A program made the position numbers and the translations under genes. The notes under the pieces are model-generated. The model ran no database searches. It was not told the DNA's origin and saw nothing but the letters and a program-made list of their open reading frames with translations. This document shows, one piece after another, positions 55,030 to 63,809 of a stretch of 64,000 nucleotides of DNA; the stretch's first letter is position 1, and every line of letters starts with the position of its first letter. Where the stretch lies: positions 2,826-66,825 of the IMG/VR virus record IMGVR_UViG_3300014205_000225. One strand, 5' to 3'. The stretch comes from a virus.

Positions 55030-55883
55030 TTTATAAGTGTCATAAATTCTGCTCTAGTTTCCGGTTTGGTAAGCAATACCCCACGCATGGCACTACTTAC
55101 CGTTTCCGAACCAAACTTTTGCACCCCACGCGATTCCATGCAGAAATGACGGGCGCGTATAACAACAGCCACCCCAAGGGGTTGTAAATGGGTTTCGAGG
55201 GCGTCCGCAATTTGGTTGGTAAGACGTTCTTGCACTTGTAACCGTCGAGCGTACATGTCCGCGAGACGCGCCAATTTAGACAACCCAAGGATCTTACCAT
55301 TCGGGATGTACCCGATATGGGCCACTCCAAAGATTGCGGCGAGATGGTGTTCACAATGACTGAAGATTGGGATGTCCTTGACAACGACCATCTGATCGTA
55401 GTTTTCTGCACCGTCCTCAAATACTTTGAGAAGTTCTGCTGGGTTTTGCTTGTAGCCGGATGTCCAATATTGCCAAGCCTTGAGAAACCGCTTTGGAGTT
55501 TCCTGTAACCCTTCCCGGAAAGGATCCTCCCCGATATATTGAAGAAGACGCATACAGATATCCTCGGCACTTGCTTCCTCGTCCCTTTCCCAAGGGAAAA
55601 CCACCCAGCCAAGGTCTTTATCGATGGTTGTTTTGTCAACAAGGGCCACGAAATCTGTATTCGGGAAGTTCTTTTTGTAATAGTCCCTGGTACGGCCGCT
55701 GTCTACGATATCGTCGAGGATAATATCCGCGATTTCCGGTGTATGAACATTGGTGGCGTGCTTGAGAAATCCTGCTGCAATCATTCCACCACGGGGCACT
55801 CCGAAAACGCGAACACCCTTTTTGTCAATAACCTCAAGACCTTCAAAGACGGACTCCCAGGACAGTTTGTATATATTGGACAT
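55026..55883 (-). CDS. folE: phosphoribosyltransferase - GTP cyclohydrolase I fusion
   Basis: N-term [23 protein letters not shown]; C-term [39 protein letters not shown]. Confidence 0.92.
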   Translation of the reverse strand: MSNIYKLSWESVFEGLEVIDKKGVRVFGVPRGGMIAAGFLKHATNVHTPEIADIILDDIVDSGRTRDYYKKNFPNTDFVALVDKTTIDKDLGWVVFPWERDEEASAEDICMRLLQYIGEDPFREGLQETPKRFLKAWQYWTSGYKQNPAELLKVFEDGAENYDQMVVVKDIPIFSHCEHHLAAIFGVAHIGYIPNGKILGLSKLARLADMYARRLQVQERLTNQIADALETHLQPLGVAVVIRARHFCMESRGVQKFGSETVSSAMRGVLLTKPETRAEFMTLIK

Positions 55884-55884
55884 T

Positions 55885-56544
55885 TTACACCTCGTAAGAA
55901 ATAGGATCGGTTACTCCATGATTAGAGAACGCTTCCAATCGTTCGACACAAGATCCGCACTTGCCACAGCTTAATGGTTGGTCTTTGTAGCAAGTACGAG
56001 TCAGGTGATACGGAACATCGTTTGACAGCCCCCAGGTGAGAATTTTGGTTTTGTCCCAACAAAGAATGGGGGCTATGACATGTACCGCCCCATCCGTACC
56101 CCAGGAAATTGCTTCGTTCATAGCGTCGTAGAAAACAGGTCGGCAGTCTGGGTAGATAGCGTGATCCCCAGAGTGAATACCAATAGCAATCGAATCCGCA
56201 TTAATAGACCAGGCCAAACCACTTAGGATAGAAAGAAAAATGATGTTACGGCCGGGAACGACTGTTTTGGACATGCTTTTATCAGTATAATGACCTTCCG
56301 GAATCTCTCCACCAGATTTAAGCAGGTTCGATTTGAAAGAGGACATGACACTGGAAAGGTCGATTTCTGTCAATGGGATATTGTAATGCTTGGCAACAGC
56401 ACGGGCCGCTTCATTTTCATAGGGGTTATGCTTACTCCCATACGAAAAAGATACACCGTGGACTTCGTTACCTTGGGAAAGGAGCAGGGCCAGTAGAGTT
56501 GTAGAATCCATTCCACCGGAAAGGGACATGACGATTTTACTCAT
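55885..56544 (-). CDS. queC: 7-cyano-7-deazaguanine synthase
   Basis: [31 protein letters not shown]. Confidence 0.96.
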   Translation of the reverse strand: MSKIVMSLSGGMDSTTLLALLLSQGNEVHGVSFSYGSKHNPYENEAARAVAKHYNIPLTEIDLSSVMSSFKSNLLKSGGEIPEGHYTDKSMSKTVVPGRNIIFLSILSGLAWSINADSIAIGIHSGDHAIYPDCRPVFYDAMNEAISWGTDGAVHVIAPILCWDKTKILTWGLSNDVPYHLTRTCYKDQPLSCGKCGSCVERLEAFSNHGVTDPISYEV

Positions 56545-56559
56545 AAAGCCTCCCGTGAA

Positions 56560-56600
56560 TACACCGATAGCGGTAGAAAAGACTACCGCTATCGGGGTGT
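56560..56600 (-). terminator. long hairpin after wHTH-like gene
   Basis: CCGATAGCGGTAG-aaaaga-CTACCGCTATCGG perfect stem. Confidence 0.6.
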
Positions 56601-56615
56601 TGGCCGAAGATCCGA

Positions 56616-57209
56616 TTACTTGATGAAGTATTGTTTCTTGTCGTTCTTTTCGACTTGCAGACCTTTTTCTTTTTGCAGGCGCCCGGAAAGCTGGATGCGG
56701 GCGGTCGTGGCCATTTTTTCCGGTTCCCGTTCCGGAAATTTCTTAGACAGTTCCGCGACGATCTCCTCAATGGTGCTGGGGTTTGCAGAAATAATGGAAA
56801 CGATCGTGGCAATAACACCGTCTTTCTTTTCCTTGGGCACCTTGGCCGGTTTTTCCGCTTTGGGAACCTTGGCCGGTTTTCCCGCTTTGGGAACCTTGGC
56901 CTCTTCTGTTACTGCACCGGCCTTTTCGATGGCGATTGCCAGTACGGCAGCGTGATCGTCGTTGTCCGGGTCGAGGATCGCGGCCAGGGTACTCCAGACG
57001 TTCGGGCTGAAGTTATCGGTTTCCTGGATACCGTCTTCCGGGGTAATGTTACCCTCCTCGTCAGCGCCGATGGCGTTGTTGATGATGCTTTCCGTAAGAA
57101 CCTGGGCTTTCACGGCGACCGTTTTGATTTTCGGGTCCAGTCCCATGACGCTGTTCATCTCGTTCGCGCATTCCCTCAGTTCCGCCGCTCCCACTTTTTC
57201 TTCGCTCAT
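56616..57209 (-). CDS. putative DNA-binding protein with KVPKAxKPA repeats and C-terminal winged-helix-like domain
   Basis: AGGAG RBS; own promoter; C-terminus resembles 9140..9595. Confidence 0.7.
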   Translation of the reverse strand: MSEEKVGAAELRECANEMNSVMGLDPKIKTVAVKAQVLTESIINNAIGADEEGNITPEDGIQETDNFSPNVWSTLAAILDPDNDDHAAVLAIAIEKAGAVTEEAKVPKAGKPAKVPKAEKPAKVPKEKKDGVIATIVSIISANPSTIEEIVAELSKKFPEREPEKMATTARIQLSGRLQKEKGLQVEKNDKKQYFIK

Positions 57210-57263
57210 GATATGTCTCCTGTTAAGTAGTTGGCTGGTTTTTACCAGCACCGTGTTTTCTCT

Positions 57264-57291
57264 ATACTAGCATGGGAAAATAAAAAGGCAA
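57264..57291 (-). promoter_or_regulatory. phage promoter motif copy 3 (TTGCCT-TTTTATTTT-CCCA-TGC-TAGTAT)
   Basis: shared layout. Confidence 0.65.
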
Positions 57292-57322
57292 GCAAAAAAC
57301 GCAATAAAATAAAATTTATTTT

Positions 57323-57925
57323 TTAGGGAATCTCAAGTAGCTTATGCAATTGAACCGACAAGATATACCCATATTCCCTACACAGCTGAATAGCGTATTC
57401 TGTGTTTCTGCGATTTTGTGCAAGGTCTTGCTCGTCCATTGGTTGTATATAAACGGGCGGCTCCTCTGTTCCTGGTTCCGGTATAGGACTAGCATTACCA
57501 GCCTTAACCAAACATTTCCATGCGGAAATCTTGCCGTACAACCGTTTGTCCACACGACTATTCGGTTTTGGACTACATACAATGGTTAGCTGCGGACTGT
57601 TATATGGCAGGTCTTCTTGATAAAATGTTCCGTTGGTCTCGATTTGAACCAAGTACCCGCTGTCAAATAATGCAGAGCATAGCTCTTTCAGCGGTTGCAT
57701 CATTGGTTCCCCGCCGGTAATAACGATCAGCATTTCCGCCCTTGTAACCTGTTTAATCTTTTGTATAAGGGTGGGGATGTCCAAGCAATCAACAATGCTG
57801 TTATGGTCCGTATCACAAAAAGGGCAGGAGAGGTTACACCCGGCAAGTCTTACGAAAATAGCGGGGTGTCCTGTAAATGGACCCTCCCCCTGGATAGATG
57901 GGAATATTTCTCTTACGCGAATCAT
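57323..57925 (-). CDS. queE: 7-carboxy-7-deazaguanine synthase (radical SAM)
   Basis: SIQGEG, CNLSCPFCDT, TGGEP, IETNG, SVQLHK. Confidence 0.95.
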   Translation of the reverse strand: MIRVREIFPSIQGEGPFTGHPAIFVRLAGCNLSCPFCDTDHNSIVDCLDIPTLIQKIKQVTRAEMLIVITGGEPMMQPLKELCSALFDSGYLVQIETNGTFYQEDLPYNSPQLTIVCSPKPNSRVDKRLYGKISAWKCLVKAGNASPIPEPGTEEPPVYIQPMDEQDLAQNRRNTEYAIQLCREYGYILSVQLHKLLEIP

Positions 57926-58344
57926 ACCGCCCTCCATTCGGCGTAGGCGGTAGCGGTTTCCCATACTCGCACAAAATCGACAGACTGTTTTAGTCTGCTT
58001 GTCAATTCCCCTGCAATGTACTCGGCCATGTTCTCCGCAGTTGGTTCCCCTTTAAACGGAATGACCGTGGCAAAGCCATTACCAGCCAACTCCATGGCTT
58101 GGGGAAACATCGGGTCTTCCTTGTCTAAAATTAAAGCATGGTCCCAATTACCAATAATATCCTCCATTTGTTGTTTAAGGTCTTTGAAGTCCAGTACCAT
58201 GCCGTTTGCTTTGCGGGGGGCCATCATGTTGTCCCGTATACCAACTTGTACCACGTAACTGTGCCCATGAATATAACGGCACAGCCCTTTGTGGCTTGGT
58301 AAACGATGCGCGGCCTCAAACGCAAAATCTTTTACAACAATCAT
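57922..58344 (-). CDS. queD: 6-carboxytetrahydropterin synthase
   Basis: FEAAHRL, C.YIHGHSY, MVLDF, WDH, PTAEN, VWET. Confidence 0.95.
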   Translation of the reverse strand: MIVVKDFAFEAAHRLPSHKGLCRYIHGHSYVVQVGIRDNMMAPRKANGMVLDFKDLKQQMEDIIGNWDHALILDKEDPMFPQAMELAGNGFATVIPFKGEPTAENMAEYIAGELTSRLKQSVDFVRVWETATAYAEWRAV

Positions 58345-58355
58345 TCGCAGTCTCC

Positions 58356-59897
58356 TCATTTTTTCCTGGGTTGTATCCAATAACTGGATAGGATGGGGCG
58401 TCCCATTTCTAAACGCCCTAATAGAGCAACTTCCCGCTCTGCTGATAAATCTTCGCGTACTAGCAATTCACCGATCCGCAAAATACCGTCCCCCTTTTCT
58501 TCTGGGGTTTGGTTCAGTCCATATACCGCAGTGACATGACTGTATTTTCGTTTGTCTTCGCTAAAGTTTTTGAGTTTAACGCTTTTTTGATCATAGCTTG
58601 CCGCGTCGGCCTGTGTTGCCGTTATAACACATGCTCGGCGTTTCTGACTAAGTCTCCGCAACGCCTTCCAGGTATCATTTATTTGGTGCCGCGCTTCTTT
58701 GCGTGTATCTTCCGGGGCTAAAATGTCTGCATAGTCCCCAACAATCACGTCCGGGATAAATCCATCTTCTATTTCCCATCGGTCCAACACAGCGTCAAGT
58801 TGTCGCACATTCACGGAATCGTTTGGAAAACAGGCCAATTTAAAACCCTTCCCCCGGACTCTTTTGACGTACCGTTCCCCTTCCCGTATGGCTTCTTGCC
58901 ATGTCAACGGTTTTACAGGGGCGCGCATTTCCCACCAATATGCCCCCTTGTACCTGTTAGGGTGTTCCCTTTTACAGTAGTCGCATGGTACATACCCGGA
59001 GGCCTCGTCAAAGGATAACTTAGCACCGTCAATCATACACCCGAATGTTCCTATTCTGTTTGCCATTTGGCAGGTGTCGTTTTGATTTAGCGCGCAGTCC
59101 AAAATTGGTACGAGCAGCCCACCGCAATACTTGGCGTCGTCACTCCGCTTTGCTAAATAAATATGCTGTCGTCGAACCATTTGGTCCTGTGACATATCAC
59201 CAAGTCCAAAAAAGGCCACATTGCAGCGTTCCCGATGCGCCCACATAGAAAGGGTCATCAAAAGCCATGTTTTACCCCGCTTCTCCGGACCTTGAAGACA
59301 TATAAGTGATTCCCTTGTAAATTGGCTGTTCCACATATCCCCGATAGCCCCAGGCAACTTAAACAAAGGCTCTTCTCTGGAAGCAAACCCAGCTTGTATT
59401 GCTTCTACATCTGTGAATGGGTCTATCCCAACTTTGCCCGGTTTTTCTACGGTATTAAATTTGGAAACAAGCTCCTTAGCCTCTTCCATATCCCCGGCAT
59501 TTAGCGCGCCACGAACATCGTCTAAATGGTTTCTTAGCGACTGTTCCTCGAAATATGCAATGGACTGGTCGAGCAGGTAGTCCACATTAAATTTGTCTGC
59601 GCGTTTATATTCATCGTCAATACTTGCTAAAAATTCAACGATGTACTCTGCATTATCTGGGTCTAGCGTTTTTTCAGCATGGTATTGGTAAAGATCCCGA
59701 ATATGCGGCCCAGGGGCTTTATTGTACTTCTCAAAATATTCCAGACACCACTCTGCAACGGACCTAATCGGGTCCACTGTTAAAAAATCGGTTTTGAAAA
59801 CAGGGGTTACTTCCCGTAAATACCGATCACTTACAATCATTCCAGTAATAATATTGCGTTCTATATGACTTGTAGGCTTTCTTCTCGACACTGCCAT
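58356..59897 (-). CDS. DnaB-like (SF4) replicative helicase
   Basis: GPEKRGKT, DYADIL, ITATQA, FSED. Confidence 0.85.
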   Translation of the reverse strand: MAVSRRKPTSHIERNIITGMIVSDRYLREVTPVFKTDFLTVDPIRSVAEWCLEYFEKYNKAPGPHIRDLYQYHAEKTLDPDNAEYIVEFLASIDDEYKRADKFNVDYLLDQSIAYFEEQSLRNHLDDVRGALNAGDMEEAKELVSKFNTVEKPGKVGIDPFTDVEAIQAGFASREEPLFKLPGAIGDMWNSQFTRESLICLQGPEKRGKTWLLMTLSMWAHRERCNVAFFGLGDMSQDQMVRRQHIYLAKRSDDAKYCGGLLVPILDCALNQNDTCQMANRIGTFGCMIDGAKLSFDEASGYVPCDYCKREHPNRYKGAYWWEMRAPVKPLTWQEAIREGERYVKRVRGKGFKLACFPNDSVNVRQLDAVLDRWEIEDGFIPDVIVGDYADILAPEDTRKEARHQINDTWKALRRLSQKRRACVITATQADAASYDQKSVKLKNFSEDKRKYSHVTAVYGLNQTPEEKGDGILRIGELLVREDLSAEREVALLGRLEMGRPILSSYWIQPRKK

Positions 59898-59898
59898 A

Positions 59899-60645
59899 TT
59901 AACCCCTGTCCTGTAAACGGCGGTCCGTTCCATTCAAAAATATAATATTACGCCCACATAACCCCAAAATTCTGCTTGCAATCCTATCCCCAACAACATC
60001 GCTTATTTCTTGAGGGGTTAGGTTAGATGTAAAAATGGTTTGCGAGCCTTCTCTATACCGCCGATCTATGATTAATCCTAACGTAGCAACCGTCCATTCC
60101 GTCGGTTTTTCTGCACCAATGTCATCTAGTACCAAGATATTTGCAGAAGTGTATTTGTCCAGCACCTCTACCTCGTTGGCCTTTCCATTATAACAAGACC
60201 GTATTTCTAAGAGCAGGTCCGCCGACGTTACGAACAAAGCCCCAAATTTGCCGGACTGTTCCATTTGCGCCAATAGCAAGGCTACTGCGGCATGTGTTTT
60301 CCCTACACCACGGCTCCCGGTAAACAGGGCGCTTTGACCAATTAACGGTCTTAGCTTAACACAGTCTTGGATAGATGCTTTTTGGTACTCTTTTGGTATA
60401 CAAGCCTTTTCCATAATGGTGTTCTTATGCAGGGAAAATAATTTCAAGGCATTGGTCTGTTTTGTGTCCACGGCACATTCTTCACAAATGAGCAATGCCC
60501 CGTCAACATCAACTCTGATGGGGTTTTTCTTGCAATGCGGGCACGTTCTAGGCTTAGTCAAGTTGAATAACCTTTCCGATTCCCGCATATTTTCCTGAAT
60601 CAGTGTTTTTGTTTCCTTTTCCAAGAAATTTGTTCGCGCCACCAC
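59899..60645 (-). CDS. DnaC/IstB-like helicase loader
   Basis: GSRGVGKT, LVLDDIGAE, TSNL, DRIASR. Confidence 0.9.
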   Translation of the reverse strand: MVARTNFLEKETKTLIQENMRESERLFNLTKPRTCPHCKKNPIRVDVDGALLICEECAVDTKQTNALKLFSLHKNTIMEKACIPKEYQKASIQDCVKLRPLIGQSALFTGSRGVGKTHAAVALLLAQMEQSGKFGALFVTSADLLLEIRSCYNGKANEVEVLDKYTSANILVLDDIGAEKPTEWTVATLGLIIDRRYREGSQTIFTSNLTPQEISDVVGDRIASRILGLCGRNIIFLNGTDRRLQDRG

Positions 60646-61432
60646 TGTCTCCTTTTATATCGAAAAGACCGCGCCATTCGTTAGCCATGCTTTGCTGCAT
60701 TATGGCGACGGCGAGGTCGGCATCCCCATTAGAAAGGTTTACGAGCTTCGCACCGACATTAGAAGTTCGGATGGGGGATTTGATTTGTTTTCGGTATGAA
60801 ACAAACTCATCCCATGTATTCATTAGCCTGCGGCTATCTAAAAACTGGACTGGGAATGCTTTTATTAGAGCCGTGTCTTTTTTTGGGGTGGGAGGTGATA
60901 CAGCCCCAGGTGGTATGGTTCTTCTATGGGCTGGTTTTGTTACCTGCTGGGTGTTTGAGATCATTTCGCTGTGTAGCTTTTTATTCTCTTTAACCTTACC
61001 CTTTTCTGTAATAGTAATAGGCAGGGCGTTTCCGACCGCTGCGGGGCGGTCGTTCGCGCCCGGTACGGGGGGAACCTTTCCACCACTTTCCTCACCAGAC
61101 TCTTGCCCAGGTTGTGTTGGCCTGAAAATCTCATGATACACAAAATAGTATTTGTTCGGGGCATGGTTTAGCCTGTCCACCCCACTAGGCCGCTCCACTT
61201 TAATAAACCCCTCGGTTTCCAGTTCTTTTAGCAACTTTCGTACCCGTTCAGAACTGAGACCAATTTCTTCAGCGAGAACTTCTTGCTTTGGCCAGCAATA
61301 CCCCTTTTCCCCGGAATATTGGGAAAGACGTGCCCATAGTAGTTTTGCGGAGGAGCTTAGGTTTGGATAGCGGAGGAGGCAGTTAGGGAGGAACGAGCCA
61401 ACGAACATTCGATATGGGACGAATAGGTCCAT
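60554..61432 (-). CDS. replication initiator (lambda O-like, N-terminal wHTH)
   Basis: LSSSAKLLW..L, CWPKQEVLAEEIGLS..RVRKLLKEL...GFI; C-terminal QSMANEWRGLF; upstream of DnaC. Confidence 0.85.
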   Translation of the reverse strand: MDLFVPYRMFVGSFLPNCLLRYPNLSSSAKLLWARLSQYSGEKGYCWPKQEVLAEEIGLSSERVRKLLKELETEGFIKVERPSGVDRLNHAPNKYYFVYHEIFRPTQPGQESGEESGGKVPPVPGANDRPAAVGNALPITITEKGKVKENKKLHSEMISNTQQVTKPAHRRTIPPGAVSPPTPKKDTALIKAFPVQFLDSRRLMNTWDEFVSYRKQIKSPIRTSNVGAKLVNLSNGDADLAVAIMQQSMANEWRGLFDIKGDSGGANKFLGKGNKNTDSGKYAGIGKVIQLD

Positions 61433-61456
61433 AGAAATACGCTCTCGTAAGTTTTG

Positions 61457-61540
61457 AAAAAGCAAAGGCTGCTGAGGGATGGTGACGGCACCCCTGCAAC
61501 AGCCTTGCTCTACAACACTGAAAACGCTAACCCCGTCACG
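61457..61540 (-). promoter_or_regulatory. attenuator-like leader of initiator gene
   Basis: terminator hairpin 61461-61509 + U-run; loop CCGTCAC complementary to upstream GTGACGG (61533-61539). Confidence 0.6.
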
Positions 61541-61566
61541 GTATATTGCGTTATTTTTGAAACTAC

Positions 61567-61595
61567 ATTTTAGCATTAGCCCCGTTTGGTTGCAA
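61567..61595 (-). promoter_or_regulatory. sigma70 promoter for initiator
   Basis: TTGCAA-N17-TAAAAT with TGn extension. Confidence 0.6.
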
Positions 61596-61598
61596 GCC

Positions 61599-62525
61599 TT
61601 ATTTATGCAATAATTCCATCATAAGGTCTGCGGCCTCTGTTTGTGGCATATCCCCAGGGTCCAGCTCATCATCCGTACAAAGCACTTCCACGTCAATACC
61701 ACGGGCGGAAAGTAGGTTTGCCGCCCTGTCTGCTCTATCCTGTGCGGAAGGTTCCGGATCAAATAGCAGGAATGCCCGTGTAAACTTTCTACAGAACAGG
61801 TTTAATTGTGGAATCGTGAAACCAGTTCCGAAAGTTGCAACTGCCCCAGGCCCAAGTCTCCAAGCATCCGCAGCACCTTCTACAATGACAGCGGTATCCC
61901 CCGGTACAAGGTCTATTCCGTACAAAGTATGTTTGTGATGTACCACTTCATTTTCCATTGCACATGCTTTGTATTTTAGATCGCTTTTCCCGGTAATGTC
62001 CCGACCTTGGTAGCTTACCATTTTCCCTTCTAAGAAAATTGGTATGATAATACGGTTACGGTATTCGCCAACTGGGCCAGTACCCAAAAGCCCCCACGTT
62101 AAAGCTACATCCTCGGGGTCAAATTTGCGGCCAGCAAGGTATTTACGGTGCCTGGGTAACATGGGGCCGCAACCACCGGGAAGGCGCAGGACAACGGGCG
62201 CTAGGTTACTGCTGACCCGTATTTGTATTTCTTTCCGTGCTTTGCGCCCTGTTTCATACTTTCGGATAATTGTAAGGGCTTTCTCTTTGTTGCATTGAAG
62301 AGATAACCGCACAACATCTACTAGACGATGTTTCCCACAATGCCAACAATTCACCGCCCCTGTTTCTAGATGGTAGCCAAGAAACCACTTGCCCCGGTGT
62401 CCGCAAAATGGGCAGTATGTTTGCACCCATCCTGGACGATTGTGTTTGGTGCCTTCTGTCCTGTATTGGATACCCTGTTCGGAACATAGCCGGATAAAAT
62501 CAATCACCGCAACACCTTTTATCAA
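61599..62525 (-). CDS. DNA primase (Zn finger + TOPRIM)
   Basis: CPFC...CWHC, RIIIP, YQGR, IVEG..D, FD, DPGD. Confidence 0.9.
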   Translation of the reverse strand: MIKGVAVIDFIRLCSEQGIQYRTEGTKHNRPGWVQTYCPFCGHRGKWFLGYHLETGAVNCWHCGKHRLVDVVRLSLQCNKEKALTIIRKYETGRKARKEIQIRVSSNLAPVVLRLPGGCGPMLPRHRKYLAGRKFDPEDVALTWGLLGTGPVGEYRNRIIIPIFLEGKMVSYQGRDITGKSDLKYKACAMENEVVHHKHTLYGIDLVPGDTAVIVEGAADAWRLGPGAVATFGTGFTIPQLNLFCRKFTRAFLLFDPEPSAQDRADRAANLLSARGIDVEVLCTDDELDPGDMPQTEAADLMMELLHK

Positions 62526-62969
62526 GATTCCCTGGAATGGAGTGCATGGGCATTGAGAAGGTCGTCATACAACCCATCTTTCTTGTGTTGTTCAAAATGC
62601 TGCATTGCTTTGTTGGTAAGCTCCATATCTGGTTGGACGTTTTCGTCATTTGTGCACAATAATGGAGGAGGGATTCACCCGGCTTGACGCGCGAAGTTGG
62701 GCTAAAAATTACTGCAACTGCTTTTCGTCTTTCACGTCAGTGCTCCATGGAAGCCCGTTTTTTTCTTCAAACTGCACAGTCGCATAGGAACCGTATAATA
62801 TTTTGGTCCCAGCTGATAGCGTTCTCCACCCGCCCACACATCTTATTTGCGATTTCCTGTTGGGCGCGGACAACACCGTTTTGATAATGATTCGTCATCT
62901 TCATACTCCTCCAAAAGTTCCTGATCGTTCATGGCTTACCGGCCTTTCTTTAGCTGTGTTTGTTATTGA

Positions 62970-63155
62970 TTACCTTCCGCGCTTGCTTTGCTTTTCCAGC
63001 TTCTCTATTTTCTTCAACAACTTCTTGTGACAACGACTGCATATCAGATATTCCGTTGAGTCGGCTTCCACCATGTACCCCCTAGCAAAACCTTCTCCGT
63101 CGTAGAACAGCCGTGTTCCACATTCCCTGCACGAGCAATAGTCTATTCCAGCCAT
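62970..63155 (-). CDS. small zinc-finger protein
   Basis: CRECG...CSRC; GGAGG RBS. Confidence 0.6.
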   Translation of the reverse strand: MAGIDYCSCRECGTRLFYDGEGFARGYMVEADSTEYLICSRCHKKLLKKIEKLEKQSKRGR

Positions 63156-63164
63156 TTAGCCCTC

Positions 63165-63809
63165 CTATTTGCATGGGGTTTTTTCTTTGCAATCCTTGCA
63201 GTCCGGCCCGCAGTCGGCAAACAAGATCGGCTCTTTTGCTTTGCATTGAAGATATATCTCGGTTGCAAGTTCCCTGATTTCCCACTGGGATTTTTCGCAC
63301 ATACGCTGCGTGAAGAAGTGGCGTAGTTCTCTGGCATTCATAGTCATGACCAGTTTAGTGGTGGCTGCGTTTGGCAGTACAAAACGGGCATCTTCTGCTG
63401 GGATGCCTTTCTTTGTCATGAAGTCATATGCGGCTTCCGCTGCTATCAGTGCCCTTTCAAACTCCTCAATAACTTCAACGTCTTGTTTGCAGGACTCAGG
63501 CAAGACATATCCGCAACCTGACCCATTGCCAAATTTTACAAAACGTTGTGACTGCTGGCTGAAAGAAGCAATACGATACCTGACCAGTTGGTGCGAGCAA
63601 GCGCGGCTGATTCCTTCAATGGCGAAGGTGAAGCTGGCGTGTTCCAGGATTGACTCGTGCCCATAATCAATGACCCGCTTAACCATAGGGCCGCACTTGT
63701 CTGGGTGAAGGTCAGCTTCGGTTGGGAAGCCTTCATGGGTGCAGATCCAAGCAGCGGTAGCTACGAGCTTGGTTGCATTCGGTGTTGATGCTAGTAGGGT
63801 TACTTTCAT
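63165..63809 (-). CDS. thyX: flavin-dependent thymidylate synthase
   Basis: GHESILEH, SRACSHQLVRYR..SFSQQSQR, EDARFVLP, SQWEIR. Confidence 0.95.
   Translation of the reverse strand: MKVTLLASTPNATKLVATAAWICTHEGFPTEADLHPDKCGPMVKRVIDYGHESILEHASFTFAIEGISRACSHQLVRYRIASFSQQSQRFVKFGNGSGCGYVLPESCKQDVEVIEEFERALIAAEAAYDFMTKKGIPAEDARFVLPNAATTKLVMTMNARELRHFFTQRMCEKSQWEIRELATEIYLQCKAKEPILFADCGPDCKDCKEKTPCK

Noticed and set aside
61433-61576. 5' extension of the initiator ORF (and similar extensions at 10127, 48632, 57251, 4900)
   Set aside because: These extensions run through promoter, leader or terminator sequence, and downstream ATGs are better starts.
62520-62935. Short ORFs between primase and the Zn-finger gene
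   Set aside because: Several competing frames under 60 aa; I could not support one over the others.
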